From: Tricharina praecox
Taxonomy: Eukaryota
Assembly: GCF_024521635.1 (NCBI RefSeq)
Contig: NW_026250404.1
Span: 2,356,001 to 2,420,000 of the forward strand
Length of the DNA stretch: 64,000 nucleotides
Direction: 5' to 3'
The notes beneath the pieces are model-generated. The model made no database searches, was not told the DNA's origin, and saw only the letters and a program-made list of their open reading frames with translations. Positions 37,801 to 49,343 of the stretch are shown one piece after another. How positions within the stretch are numbered: the first letter of the stretch is position 1; the number at the start of each line of letters is the position of its first letter. The position numbers were made by a program, and so were the translations under genes.

Positions 37801-39635
37801 ATGGCGGCCAAAAAGCAAGAACACAACCTGATCATGGTCAGCAACCGACTGCCCATCACCATCAAGAAGAAGGACAGCGGCAACTACAACTACAGCATGT
37901 CGTCCGGCGGACTCGTCAGCGGCCTGTCGGGAATGACCAAGACGACCACCTTCAGCTGGTTCGGGTGGCCAGGGCTGGAGCTGCCCGAGGAGGACATCGG
38001 AAGGGTCGAGGCGGAGCTTAAGGAGCAATACAACGCTGTGCCCATATGGTTGCCCGATGAGATGGCCGATAGGCATTGTGAGTACTCTACTCTTCATACG
38101 AACGGATGTTGCGCATGTTGCGCATGCCCCGCGCCGAGAGCGGGGTTGGAGGCATGGTTGGACTAACGAGTGTCACCCCTGGGCAGATAACGGTTTTTCG
38201 AGTAAGAAAACATCACCCCGACGTCATGACCTCATATGTATAAGTGGGCTTGGGCGCTAATGCAAGCATCTGTGGTGCGGCAGACTCAATCCTGTGGCCG
38301 CTGTTCCATTACCACCCGGGCGAGATCAGCTTTGACGAGAGTGCGTGGGTCGCCTACCGCGACGCAAACAGGATCTTTGCCAGAGAGGTCGCGAAATCCG
38401 TCAAGGATAACGACCTGATCTGGGTCCATGATTATCACCTCATGCTCATGCCTGCCATGCTCAGGGAAGAGCTGGGTGATCGAGTCAAGAACGTCAAGAT
38501 TGGCTTCTTCCTTCACACCCCCTTCCCTAGCAGTGAAATTTACAGGATTTTGCCAGTGCGAGAGGAGATTTTGAGGGGTGTGCTGCATTGCGATCTCCTG
38601 GGATTTCACACCTTTGACTATGCGAGACACTTCTTGAGTTGTTGCTCGAGGATATTGTATGTTCCCCCGTCGTCAAGGCGCTGGGTGGAAAGGAATGCTC
38701 ACTGGTTCATTCAGAGGCCTCACGACCACCCCCAACGGCGTCGAATACGAAGGTAAGCTGCGCACCGTTGGTGCCTTCCCAATCGGAATCGACCCGGAGA
38801 AGTTCGCCGAGGGACTGCAAAAGCCCTCGGTCCAAGAGCGAATCGCGCAGCTGGAGAAGAAGTTCCAAGGCGTCAAGCTCATCGTCGGAGTCGACCGTCT
38901 GGACTACATCAAGGGCGTCCCGCAGAAGCTGCACGCCCTCGAAGTGTTCTTGAATGAGCACCCGGAGTGGATCGGGAAAGTTGTGCTCGTCCAGGTCGCT
39001 GTGCCGAGTCGTGGCGATGTGGAGGAGTACCAGAATCTTAGGCAGGTGGTAAACGAGCTGGTTGGACGTATAAACGGAAGCTTCGGTACGTTCGGTCGTC
39101 CCATTCTCGAGAACGTTGATATTGACGGCGATGATAGGCTCGGTCGAGTTCATGCCGATACATTTCATGCACAAATCCGTTGCTTTCGAGGAACTGATCG
39201 CCCTCTACGCCGTCTCCGATGTCTGCCTCGTCAGCTCTACCCGTGACGGGATGAACTTGGTATCGTACGAGTACATCGCCACGCAGCAGAAGCGACACGG
39301 AGTGATGATCCTCTCCGAGTTCACTGGAGCAGCCCAGAGTCTTAACGGCAGCATCGTCGTCAACCCGTGGAACACTGAGGAGCTCGCCAATGCCATCCAC
39401 GAGGCTATCACCCTCCCCGCGGACCTCAGGAAGGCGAACCATGAAAAGCTATATGCTTACGTTACGAAATATACAAGGTATGAACTCACCGACTTCTCGC
39501 TCGGGTTATAGCTAATGAGGATTGTTCAGTGCGTTCTGGGGCCAATCGTTTGTCGGGCAGTTGACGTCGATTGCGGATCAGGCCAGGAAGAAGGAAGATA
39601 CGGAAGCGAAGGAAGCAGCCGCCGCGAGCTCATAG
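37801..39635 (+). CDS. TPS1: Trehalose-6-phosphate synthase (GT20)
   Basis: VSNRLP, SSGGLVSGL, WFGWPG, HYNGFSNSILWPLFHY, WVHDYHLM, GFFLHTPFPSSE, GVDRLDYIKG, RDGMNLVSYEY, LSEFTGAAQSL; 15-nt microexon 38187-38201. Confidence 0.97.
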
Positions 39636-40395
39636 GAGATTGGCGTTGATTCGGGGGTGGAGTGGTGGGCGCTTAAAGCCATATCGAATATCGTGGCAGC
39701 GGCCCAGGGAAGCCGGAATGAACTTTATCTCTATTTTCTCTTTTTCTTTCTCTTCTTTTTCTGCGGAGGTATTGTGCTGGCCGGATTTCGTCTTTAGGAC
39801 AACGATAGTTAGACTTGTATTCGCTTGCGAGGTAGAATGATTCTCTACCATGTGGTGCAAAGATATTCTTCAGCGTCGTGAAGTCAGCGGTTAGCTAGAT
39901 ATATCGATAATTGTACGTACCATGCCATAGCGTAAAACCGGGAGTGTTTGAGATGCAGCGCTTTCGCTAGCGCTCGGCCGGCGTGTCGTCGTAGAGGAAC
40001 AGTGCCAGGGGGGCAAAAAATAGAGCGATGAACGCGTGCGCCGTGCCTTGCCGTACGATCATCCCGGCCCATCTCATCATCCCCGCTATCTGATCGTCCC
40101 CCGCCAATGGGCTTAAACTACATTCCGCCGCCTCCGCCGAGATGGCGAAGCACAGCTATCTTCCCCCCATTTCCCTTCCCTTCTCTTCAACTACTCTTCT
40201 CTCTCTGCTAGTTACAACTAGACGGGACCTGCGAGCAACACTACGACGACCATATGCATCATACAAGCTCTCCAAGCCCGGCCAACTAGCATAGACGAGG
40301 ACGAAGCCCACTGACATCATCACCACCACCACCTCAACCTTCCCACCCACCCGCCGCCACCCGGCTCACAACCTCGACCTCGCACGCACCACACT

Positions 40396-42536
40396 ATGAA
40401 ATCCCCAACGCCCACAAGCCTGCAGAAATCCCTCGACGCCGCGTACCTCAGCTCCTCCACCGCGATCTACTACGAATCCCAGCGCCAGTTCTCTCTCGCA
40501 CTAGAGCACTGGCAGCGGGTACTCTCCCTGCTCCCGCCGCCTTCTGCCGTCCCGCACCACCGCCGCCCCCGCAGCGACGCAGAGGCCCAGCTCCTCGAGT
40601 CGCTGAAGCGCCTGCGCGCGCAGGCGGAGGACCAGCTGCGCATGCTGGGGGCGCTGCTGCTGAGTGCGCGCGAGGCGGGCGGCGTGGATGTTGGCGCGAT
40701 GGCGCCGACGGTGTTGCTGCCGGAAAGGTCGTCCGGCGTGTCCGGCGTGGCCGCCGCGAGGAGGGATAGTCCCGAGCCGGAACGGAAGTTGCGCACCACC
40801 CTGAGGTCGGGAAAGAAAGATCGGAGAAGAGATTCCTCCCCCTCGGCGCTGGAGACGCTGAGGGATGTGCGCGGCCCCAGGGCGGCTACCCAGGCGGCGA
40901 CGCTGGCGTGGAGTAGTATCAGGGCGGCGGGCGAGAAGAGGGTCGCGTTGGAGAGGGCGGTGAGTGCGGAGCCTGAGGTCTTTCCTGGGGTTAAGGCTAG
41001 GCCGGAGAAGAGGATTGGCGGGAGGTCGCGGAGTTCGCTACCGCCGCTGCCGAATGGGGAGAAACTGAGGGAGCAGTCGATGCCGACGCCACCACCGCTG
41101 CCCGAGAGGAGGGGAGCGGGAAGGAGGGGACAGAGACCGGTGTTGCCGTGGGACGATGAGGGGGAGATACCGTTGCCACCACCGCCACCACCACCACCAC
41201 ATAGAGTGCCTGTTGTGAGCAGGAAACCACTACCGAGGAACAGGAGCTATCAGGATGATGAGGGGTATGGAATGGGGATGGATGGAGCTCTGCCGCCGCC
41301 GTTGCCGCCGAAGGTGCCCATGGACAGACTCGAGAGGCCGAAGGTGCCGGTGGAGAGACCCGAGAGGCTGAGGAGGATTCACACCGATGGGACTGCAACT
41401 ACTAGGACGCGGAATACCTCCGCCGCCGAAAGTGACTCCTCCCTCTCAGAAGACTACTCACCCCTCGACACGCCCACGGATGATGCTGGCGAAGACCCCT
41501 CGGATCGCGAATGGAATGCGCGCGTCGAGGCTGCAATCAAATCGATCGGCGGTCGGGCTGACGCAGGGGCGCTGCGGCAGGTGGCATCTGAGATTGTGGT
41601 GAAGGGCGATGAAGTGCACTGGGACGATGTGGCGGGGCTTGAGGGCGCGAAGTCGGCGTTGATGGAGGCGGTGGTCTACCCGTTCCTAAGGCCGGATCTG
41701 TTTTCGGGATTGAGAGAACCAGCAAAGGGGATGTTACTTTTTGGGCCTCCGGGAACGGGCAAGACGATGCTGGCTAGGGCCGTCGCGACGGAGAGCAAGT
41801 GTACGTTCTTCAGCATCTCGGCGAGTAGTCTCACGAGCAAATATGTCGGTCCCTCTCTCCCGCACTCTCTTTTCCCCCGCTGACCTCGCAACAACAGCTC
41901 GGCGAAAGCGAAAAACTCGTCCGCGCGCTCTTCTCCCTCGCCAAAAAGCTCTCGCCGAGCATAATCTTCGTCGACGAGATCGACTCGCTCCTATCGTCGC
42001 GCAGCTCTGGCGAAAACGAAGCGACCCGCCGCATCAAAACCGAGTTCCTAATCCAATGGAGCGACCTCGCGCGCGCCGCGGCGGGCAGCAAAGACCCGAC
42101 ACCCACCGCGCTCGGCGACCCCAGCCGCGTCCTTGTCCTCGCCGCCACAAACCTCCCGTGGGAAATCGACGAGGCGGCGCGCCGCCGCTTCGCCCGCCGC
42201 CAGTACATCCCCCTCCCGGAGCCCGCCACGCGCAGGAAACACATGCAGAACCTGCTCGCCCGGCAACGGCACGGCCTTGGCGAGATGGAAATGGACACGC
42301 TCGTAGACCTGACCGAGGGGTTCTCCGGCAGCGATATCACCGCGCTCGCGAAAGATGCCGCGATGGGACCGCTCAGGAAATTGGGGAGTAAGCTGCTCAG
42401 CGTGCCGGTGGAGGAGATTGCCGAGATTGGGCTGGCGGATTTCAAAGAGAGCTTGAAGGCTGTTAGGCCGAGTGTAGGTACCGAGGGGCTGAGGAAGTTT
42501 GAGCTGTGGGCGGAGAAATATGGAGAGCGGGTTTAG
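40396..42536 (+). CDS. Meiotic-clade AAA+ ATPase (spastin/fidgetin, Sap1/Yta6-like) with N-terminal MIT-like helices
   Basis: [23 protein letters not shown] (Walker A), [11 protein letters not shown] (Walker B), [18 protein letters not shown] (SRH), [23 protein letters not shown]; one intron. Confidence 0.92.
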
Positions 42537-42959
42537 AGAGTTGAGATTGCGGGGGGTGGAGCGGGGTGGGGTGTATAATAGTTTTTTTTTGAGAGGGGGG
42601 CGAGGAAAGGTGTTGAACTTGTGTTGTATTTGTATGCGGCTTTGGTTTGGTTTGTATGCATAGCATAGCATTTGGTTTTTTAGGATTGTACTCTGTTGAT
42701 TGGGTTTTATAGATGGAGTAGAAGTATGTACTTACTTGGTAGGTTTATGGGGGTGTTGTGGGTATGCAATGGGCTGTTGAAGAAGTACTGAGGTATGGCT
42801 TTGGGGTAGGAAGTAGGTATGATAGCTACGAAGGAGGTACAGAAGTATATGGCTTATGAGTACATTGTATCAATTCACACTATTGTACATCATCCCCATG
42901 ATCACCGGAATTTCCGTAGAGCAGAACTAAATGCCGTCTCCAAAGATCCAGCGACAAGT

Positions 42960-44350
42960 AAGTCCACCGAAAGACATCTCCACCAGCTTGTGGTTTCACA
43001 ACTTTTGATTGGGCACCTACCTACGTTTTATTCTCGCTGGATGATACTCGCATTCCACCAATCTATGTAGACCATAACAGCGTACGTCTTGTCCCTCCAT
43101 TTCCTATCCGATTAGGCATTTGGAGAGTCCATCTTAATTGCCCGAACCAGTAGACCCAGCGATGAGTAGATAAGTTCACCGAAGGACATCTCCACCAGCT
43201 TGATATTTCGCTGTTCACAACCTTTTGATTGGGTAGTGGGCACCTACCTACATACGTCTTGTTCTTGCTGGATGATACTCTATGATACTCTACTCACATT
43301 CAACCGAATAATGTCACGTTTCCCCCCTTTGTTTCCTATTGAACTGGGTATTCGGACAGTCCATTTTAATCGCCCAACCATCGTCCGGTAATCGCAGGAA
43401 CCCTTAATCGCCCGGACCATCTTAATCGCACGTACGAACCATCTCAATCTCCCAAACCATCTTAATCTCACGAATCACAATGCTCCAGTGACTGAGTGAC
43501 CGAGTGATCGAGTGATAGCGTGTGTATTCGTGCGCGTGTGAGTCTTCGCAAGGCCGATTACCATGTCTGCGAAGCTGGACGATTACCATATGATATCGAG
43601 TAGGTACCTTATTCGCACGAAGAACAGTGATCGAGTGATGGCGCGTGTGTGCGTGTGTTCACAAGGCCGATTATGGACCGATTATGTCGACGAAGCTGGA
43701 CGATCATCGTACGGTATAGAGAGAGAGAACATCAATTTATTGTCGCATGTAGCCTTACTAGACTAAATCGCACGAATAATAGTGATCGAGTGATGGTGTG
43801 TGTGCGTCTGTGTCTTCACAAGGCCGATTACCATGTCCACGAAGCTGGACGATTACCGCACGGTACAGAGTAGGTAGTAGGTTTAAGTGTCCATGAACCG
43901 AGTGCGCGAGTAGAGAAGAGTACCACAGCCTTCCTTCCTTCCTTCCATCCTGTACGTAGAAAAACAAGTATCTATAGATGATACTCGCATTCAGCCCACC
44001 TAAGTATCTACCTATCTACCTAATGTACCTAGACTATGTTACAACGGCACTTTCCCCTCCGTTTCCAGTTCGACTGGGTATTTGAAGAGCCATATTATTC
44101 GCACGAATAACAATGAACGAGTGAATGAGTGATCAAGTGATGGCATGTGTGTGTGTGTGTGTTTGTGTGAGTCTGGCTTGGACAGTCCGGCCCGTTGAGA
44201 ATGGCCGATTGTAGCGGCGGAGTTGGGCGATTACCGTACACATCACCGCGTAGATAGTACAAGTGACCATGAGTTGAGCCGAGTGCGTGAGTAAAGCACC
44301 ACAGCCTGCCTTACTATATGTCTGTATGTAGAAAAACGAGTATCTACCTA
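42960..44350. repeat. Degenerate nested direct-repeat array (~150-370 bp units plus ~18-bp subrepeats)
   Basis: acatctccaccagcttg..gatgatactc at ~42974 and ~43186; gagtgat..gtgtgt..aaggccgatta..gaagctggacgat at ~43502, ~43627, ~43781, ~44120; accatcttaatcgc subrepeats 43360-43475. Confidence 0.8.
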
Positions 44351-44854
44351 AGTGCCCAGGTATTGTATCCGCAGCCCCCATATTCCGTAGCCCGTATGTA
44401 GTTATTCCGCGTGTGTAAATCTATGTTCGCCATCATCCCAATCATCCACATCGTCCCCGCAAAACCCAACATCACTCCGGAAAAAAAAGAAGAAAAAAGA
44501 ACTGAAATTCGTTGCAGTAAGAACGAGAAAAGAAGAAAACGAAATTTATGCTATTTTACAGACGCTTTGTATTCACCCTTGCGCATCATCTTCCCCAACC
44601 CCGAGAGAAGAAACAGAAAGAAAGAAACGAAACAATTCTAGTAGAAAACAGAACCAGAAAACAGAACCAGAAAACAGAAACAGCAACAAATGGTAATGGT
44701 AGTAAGGTTGGTATGTAGGCAGGCAGTTCAGCGCTGTAGGGTAGTAATGGTGACAATTATGAAAAGAGCAAGAAAAAAAGCCCAGACAACCAACCAACAA
44801 AACAAAACAAGACAATGGTGTAAAGGTAGTACGGAAGCAGTAGTAGTACGCTTT

Positions 44855-47294
44855 CTAAACTGCCGGATTCATCATTAACTCGAAGTAATCCGCAATCTTT
44901 CGAATCTTGTCCACAAGCGGCATGAAGTCCTCCTTCTTGACAGGAGCAGCAGGAACAGCAGGAGCATTTGCAGGAGCACCGCCCTTCGTCGGCGAGACAT
45001 TGACGCTGGAAAGGAACTGCCTCGCAGGGGTGGCGTTTTTCGGGGAGACGGGGACGCTGGGGCCTGGAGTAGGCGGGTGGTTCTGGGTCGCTTGCTCGTA
45101 GATTGCAGAGTCGCCCTTGTATTTGATCCAATCGGCGAGCTGGCGGATGTCGCAAGGCTCACTAACAGCGTACCACACGCGCTCGCGAATAGCCTCTTCG
45201 TCATATTCCTCGGGCTCTTCTTGGTCTTCATCGTGGTCTTCCTCGTGGTCCGCGCCGGGGTCACTGGCGATGCTGGGTGGAGGCGGGAGGACGCCGGTTG
45301 GGTGAGGAAGATTCTTTCCTTTCTCGACAACGACCCAGGAACCCCAATCTTCCTCCATTGGGTCCCGCTGCGTAAAAAGGTGGTACAGATTACCAAGCGT
45401 ATCAATACCAAGTGGTGTGATGCGAGAAGCCGTCTTGCGGTTCGCCGCCCATTCCTTCATCTCGGCCGAGCGAATCAGGGTCTTCGAGGCGTTCTGCGCA
45501 GCATTGTATCGGACCTCGAAGTCGGCCTTGTGTGCGGCGGGAAGCGTGAGCCGCTCCTTCTGAAGAACTTGCCGCTGCTCCTCCCATTCTGTTGGCGTGT
45601 TAGCGTTGTTTGTTCATGAGGTATGAGGTGGTCCCGGGGGAAACTTACCTGTCTTCAGCTTCTTGACCTCGTCGACACAGGCCTGTCTGTGCTTCTTCTC
45701 GACAGAAGCACCAGCATCCACCCACTCGTGGTAAGTGTGAGTGTTGAGCACCAAGTTGATCATCTTGCAGATTAGACGAAGTCGGAATTCGTCGTCTTCA
45801 CTGTCAACGTCCTCTTCCGGCTGAGCCGACGGAGCCGGGCTATCGCGCCTGAGGGGCCTGCCATCGTGCCACACCTCGATTAGGGCCCTAGTGATGGCCC
45901 AGATTTCTGGGCTATCGGCCGGCAGAGTAGTCAATGCACGGGCAGACTCGTGCAAAATAGTGGGATCGATCCCCATTTTCTTCTCCGCCGGGGTCTTCTC
46001 GTCATAACGCAAGACGTTGACCATCATGTTGATCAAGTTCTTGTACGTCAAATCCGTCCAGTCGCTATTCGGATCGTTGATGAGGCGTGCGTACTTTACT
46101 AACACCTTCGAGTGCTTCTCGAAGCGCAAGTAAAACTCGCGGATTTGGCTGAGAACATTAGCTCATGCAGTAAACACAGTACCAAGGGTTGACTTACAGT
46201 CTAAGCGCAATCACCGGGAGCGGATGCGAGATTGCCAGAAACTCGAAATTGGGATCCTCGACATGTTTCGGCTTCTTGACAGCCGGAGGCATTGGACCAC
46301 TTATAGTAACGAGCTTGAGAGTTGAGCTCGACTGGGCCTCTTCTTTAGCCTTATCTTTCTTCAGCGGAGCCTTTTTCAGCCCTTTGGCCTCAGCCTTAGC
46401 CTTAGCCTCAGCCTCAGCCTTTGGCTTCTTGGCCGATTCCGACTTGGGGATTGCCTTCTCCTTCCCCTTGTCGGTCTTTTTCTTGGCAGATTCTGGCCTG
46501 ACGACTACCTTCTCCTTCCCCTTGACAACCTCCTTCCCCTTCCCCCTGTTCCTTGTAGGCGTATCATTCATCATGCCTTCTATTTCTGCGGGGTCAACAC
46601 CCGCCTCTTTCGCGAACATAGCGAGATGGGCTGCGCTCTTGGCGGCCGTGTTCGAGTCTGAAGCCGCCTCCTCCGGGGGTCGGTGGAGGTAGCATTGGCA
46701 CTTCTTCTCGCAGACCGGACAGCGGAAGAGATAAGCCTCGCTAGCATCGTGGCCGAGGGTTGTGAGGTTGTGAGGTTTGCCAGCGCCGTGAATCTCCTCG
46801 ATGCTGTTATCATAATTCCGTCGAAGGCACTTGTCGCTGCGAACCAGTCAGCGAATGTCCAACGTGTGTGGCGATGATACATTGGGGGGGGGAGGAGGGA
46901 TATACCAGAATGCGATCCGGCACCGCTTCGTCTTCTTTCCGATGGTCTTCATGAGTGTGCACACGATAACACCCGTGCCCCTGTGACAGTGATGACAGTA
47001 ACCAGCCTTGGGACTTGTAGCAGTCGCGGGAGTAACAGGCATCGCCACAACTATCTTCGTACTCGTGCTTGGAGTCGCGGTACCCAGGCCTGTAGTCGCA
47101 GGTGCATCGCCGTCGTCATTCGCGGTCTTCGTCTTCGTCTTCTTGGATTTATTGTCGGAGCCGGCGGCGGCGGCCGACTTGCGCCTTTTCTTGGAGGGCT
47201 CACTGGTAGAGACGGGGGGAACGGCCGGCGGGTTCATGTTGACTGAGGTTTGGGAGCTGGGGGAGAGAATTGTGGAGGGAGTATCGTTGGCCAT
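44855..47294 (-). CDS. zf-4CXXC_R1 (CDCA7-like) zinc finger plus WHIM/WSD-domain chromatin protein, probable ISWI partner
   Basis: Spliced CHHCH..VC..RCRIAFCDKCLRRNY..FRCPVCEKKCQCYLH; C-terminal RITPLGIDTLGNLYHLF and WYAVSEPCDIRQLADWI resemble WSD (WHIM2/3) motifs; RLRLICKMINLVL is WHIM1-like. Confidence 0.7.
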
Positions 47295-47904
47295 TGGAGT
47301 AGCTGCGAGCGAAGACGAATGAAATTGGTGCAACGCGTCGGGTCTTCGTGGTTCTCGGATGGTAGATGGGGGAGGTGGGGAAGTAGAGATGTGGGGAGGT
47401 AGAGTGGTAGGAAGGGAGAAAGGTGGGGAGGTGGTGGGGGGAAAGGAAGGTGTAGTGTGGGACGTGGAGGACGGTTTTGTGGGGTGTGAACGAGAAGTGT
47501 AGTCTGTGTTGTCGTTGTTACGTCGGTTGGTGGGAGGGAGAGAAGACGACAAGAGAAGAAAGCGAAGGACTCGGTGACGGCGCGTACACTGCGATGGCCA
47601 GCCCACGAAGGCAAGCGAAAGCGCGTTGAATGCAACCCAACGGTTAGACCCCCCCTTGGCACACGTCGCGCACAACCTAACGCCATCGGGACTCGCACCC
47701 ACGTGCTAGTTTTGCTAGCTTTGATGGAAACGTGTTTGACAGGAATTGAATGGCTTTCATCCGAAACGGATGGCGAAGAACGAAAGTAAAGTTTCGCCGA
47801 TGTGTGTGTCCACAACGGGGAGGACCGATCATGCCGTAGGTAGCGGATCTGGTCTGGTAAAACCGTGCACCTGGTTTCCCAGAGATTCTCGGAACCATAT
47901 CTTG

Positions 47905-49110
47905 TGATGGATACTCCCCTACAGATACCGAGGCTACATGTACCCACCTTCTATATCCCCCCAGAATATGGGAAACCACATTGATGGAAGTATGAGTAAT
48001 TTTGACCGAGTAAATACCAGCGACCTGTTCGCGTGGAAATACTTGTGACCGATTACGCAGGACCACCAACTAGCAACCTTTTGATGCTGAAAAGAGCTGG
48101 CTTTGTTCACACGACTCGGTGGTGGATTCGCCATGAAGTTCTACACTCCTCTACAGATACCTAGGTTACACCCACCTTCTATATCTCCCCAGAAGACAGC
48201 AAACCACGTTGATGGAGGTATACGGTACAATAAGAAGCCCTGTATAGCTCCCTCCGTGTCCTCTGAATGACCGAGTAATTTTGACCGAATACATACTACG
48301 CAGGACCTGTTCGTGCGGGAATACGTTTGGCCGATCAACAGGTCCGAAGCTCAGGCTTCCGCACTGACCGAATGACTGATTAACAGGTCCTCATCGTAGG
48401 TATCCAAGCTGACTGAATGACCGAATGACCGATTAACAGGTCCGAGTACATGCTACGTAGGTCTTGTTCGTACGGGAATACGTTTGGCCGATTACCAGGT
48501 CCTCATCCTGAGCTTCCACGCTGACCGAATACCGAATGACCGAGTAACTTCGACCGAATACCCAACTACTAGATACTACGAAGGACCTGTTCGCGTGGAA
48601 ATGCGTTTGACCGATTAACCGGACCAAATCGTAGCTTTACACTTCCCGCGGGCCGCATCGCATGATCCGTACGTGTATGATATCTCCGGTAGGTATTGGT
48701 GTTTGCGGGGCGGTGGAACTATCTACATAGGCAGATATGTCAGTGAGTATGTGGATATTCTGTCTGCATTTTGTGCACTTCTGATGGTTGCATGGCTCGT
48801 CGAAGGAAGCAGGAGAGCCCAGGACTAGTAATTGGCAACCTAGGTACCTTTGGTGCCGACAAGAGGTGGTTTTATTCACACAACCCGAGGCTCGATGGTG
48901 GATTCGCCATGAAGTTCTACAGTGCTATGCTCTTCCACCAGATGGAGAGCGTTGCCAGAGTGATACAATAGTTACCGGTATTGGGTCACTTGCAGTAGTA
49001 GACTCCGCCGGAGTACTGGGCTCTTCCACCAGGCGGAGACCGTTGCCAGGGTGATACCAATACCGGTATCGGGTCTTTTGCAGCATTATAGTAGACTCCG
49101 CCGGAGTAGA
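47905..49110. repeat. Degenerate direct-repeat array upstream of the zinc-finger gene
   Basis: tacagatacc..cccaccttctatatc at ~47920 and ~48152; gacctgttcgcgtggaaat/gtgcgggaata..ccgatt x4; ggtggattcgccatgaagttctac at 48121 and 48897; gttgccag..gtagactccgccggagta x2 at 48951-49108. Confidence 0.8.
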
Positions 49111-49343
49111 GTACGGTAGTCTCTAATCCCGAACCGGGAGATCCCACATTTCCTCGGCACGAAGCTTCACGGTCGTTCATGATCATTACACTGACAGGCT
49201 GACAGGCTGACAGCGCCCCTCCGCTGCTACACGCACAAAGAAACCAGTCTAAGCAAAAGCAAAAGCAAAAGCAAAACCTCGTGCAGTCGTGCAGTCGTGC
49301 ATCACAACTCCCCCGCGTCTTCCCCGCCCTGCCCCATTCCCGC

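Noticed and set aside
42960..49110. CRISPR-like interpretation of the repeat arrays
   Set aside because: Eukaryotic context, degenerate repeats of irregular length, no unique equal-length spacers and no cas genes
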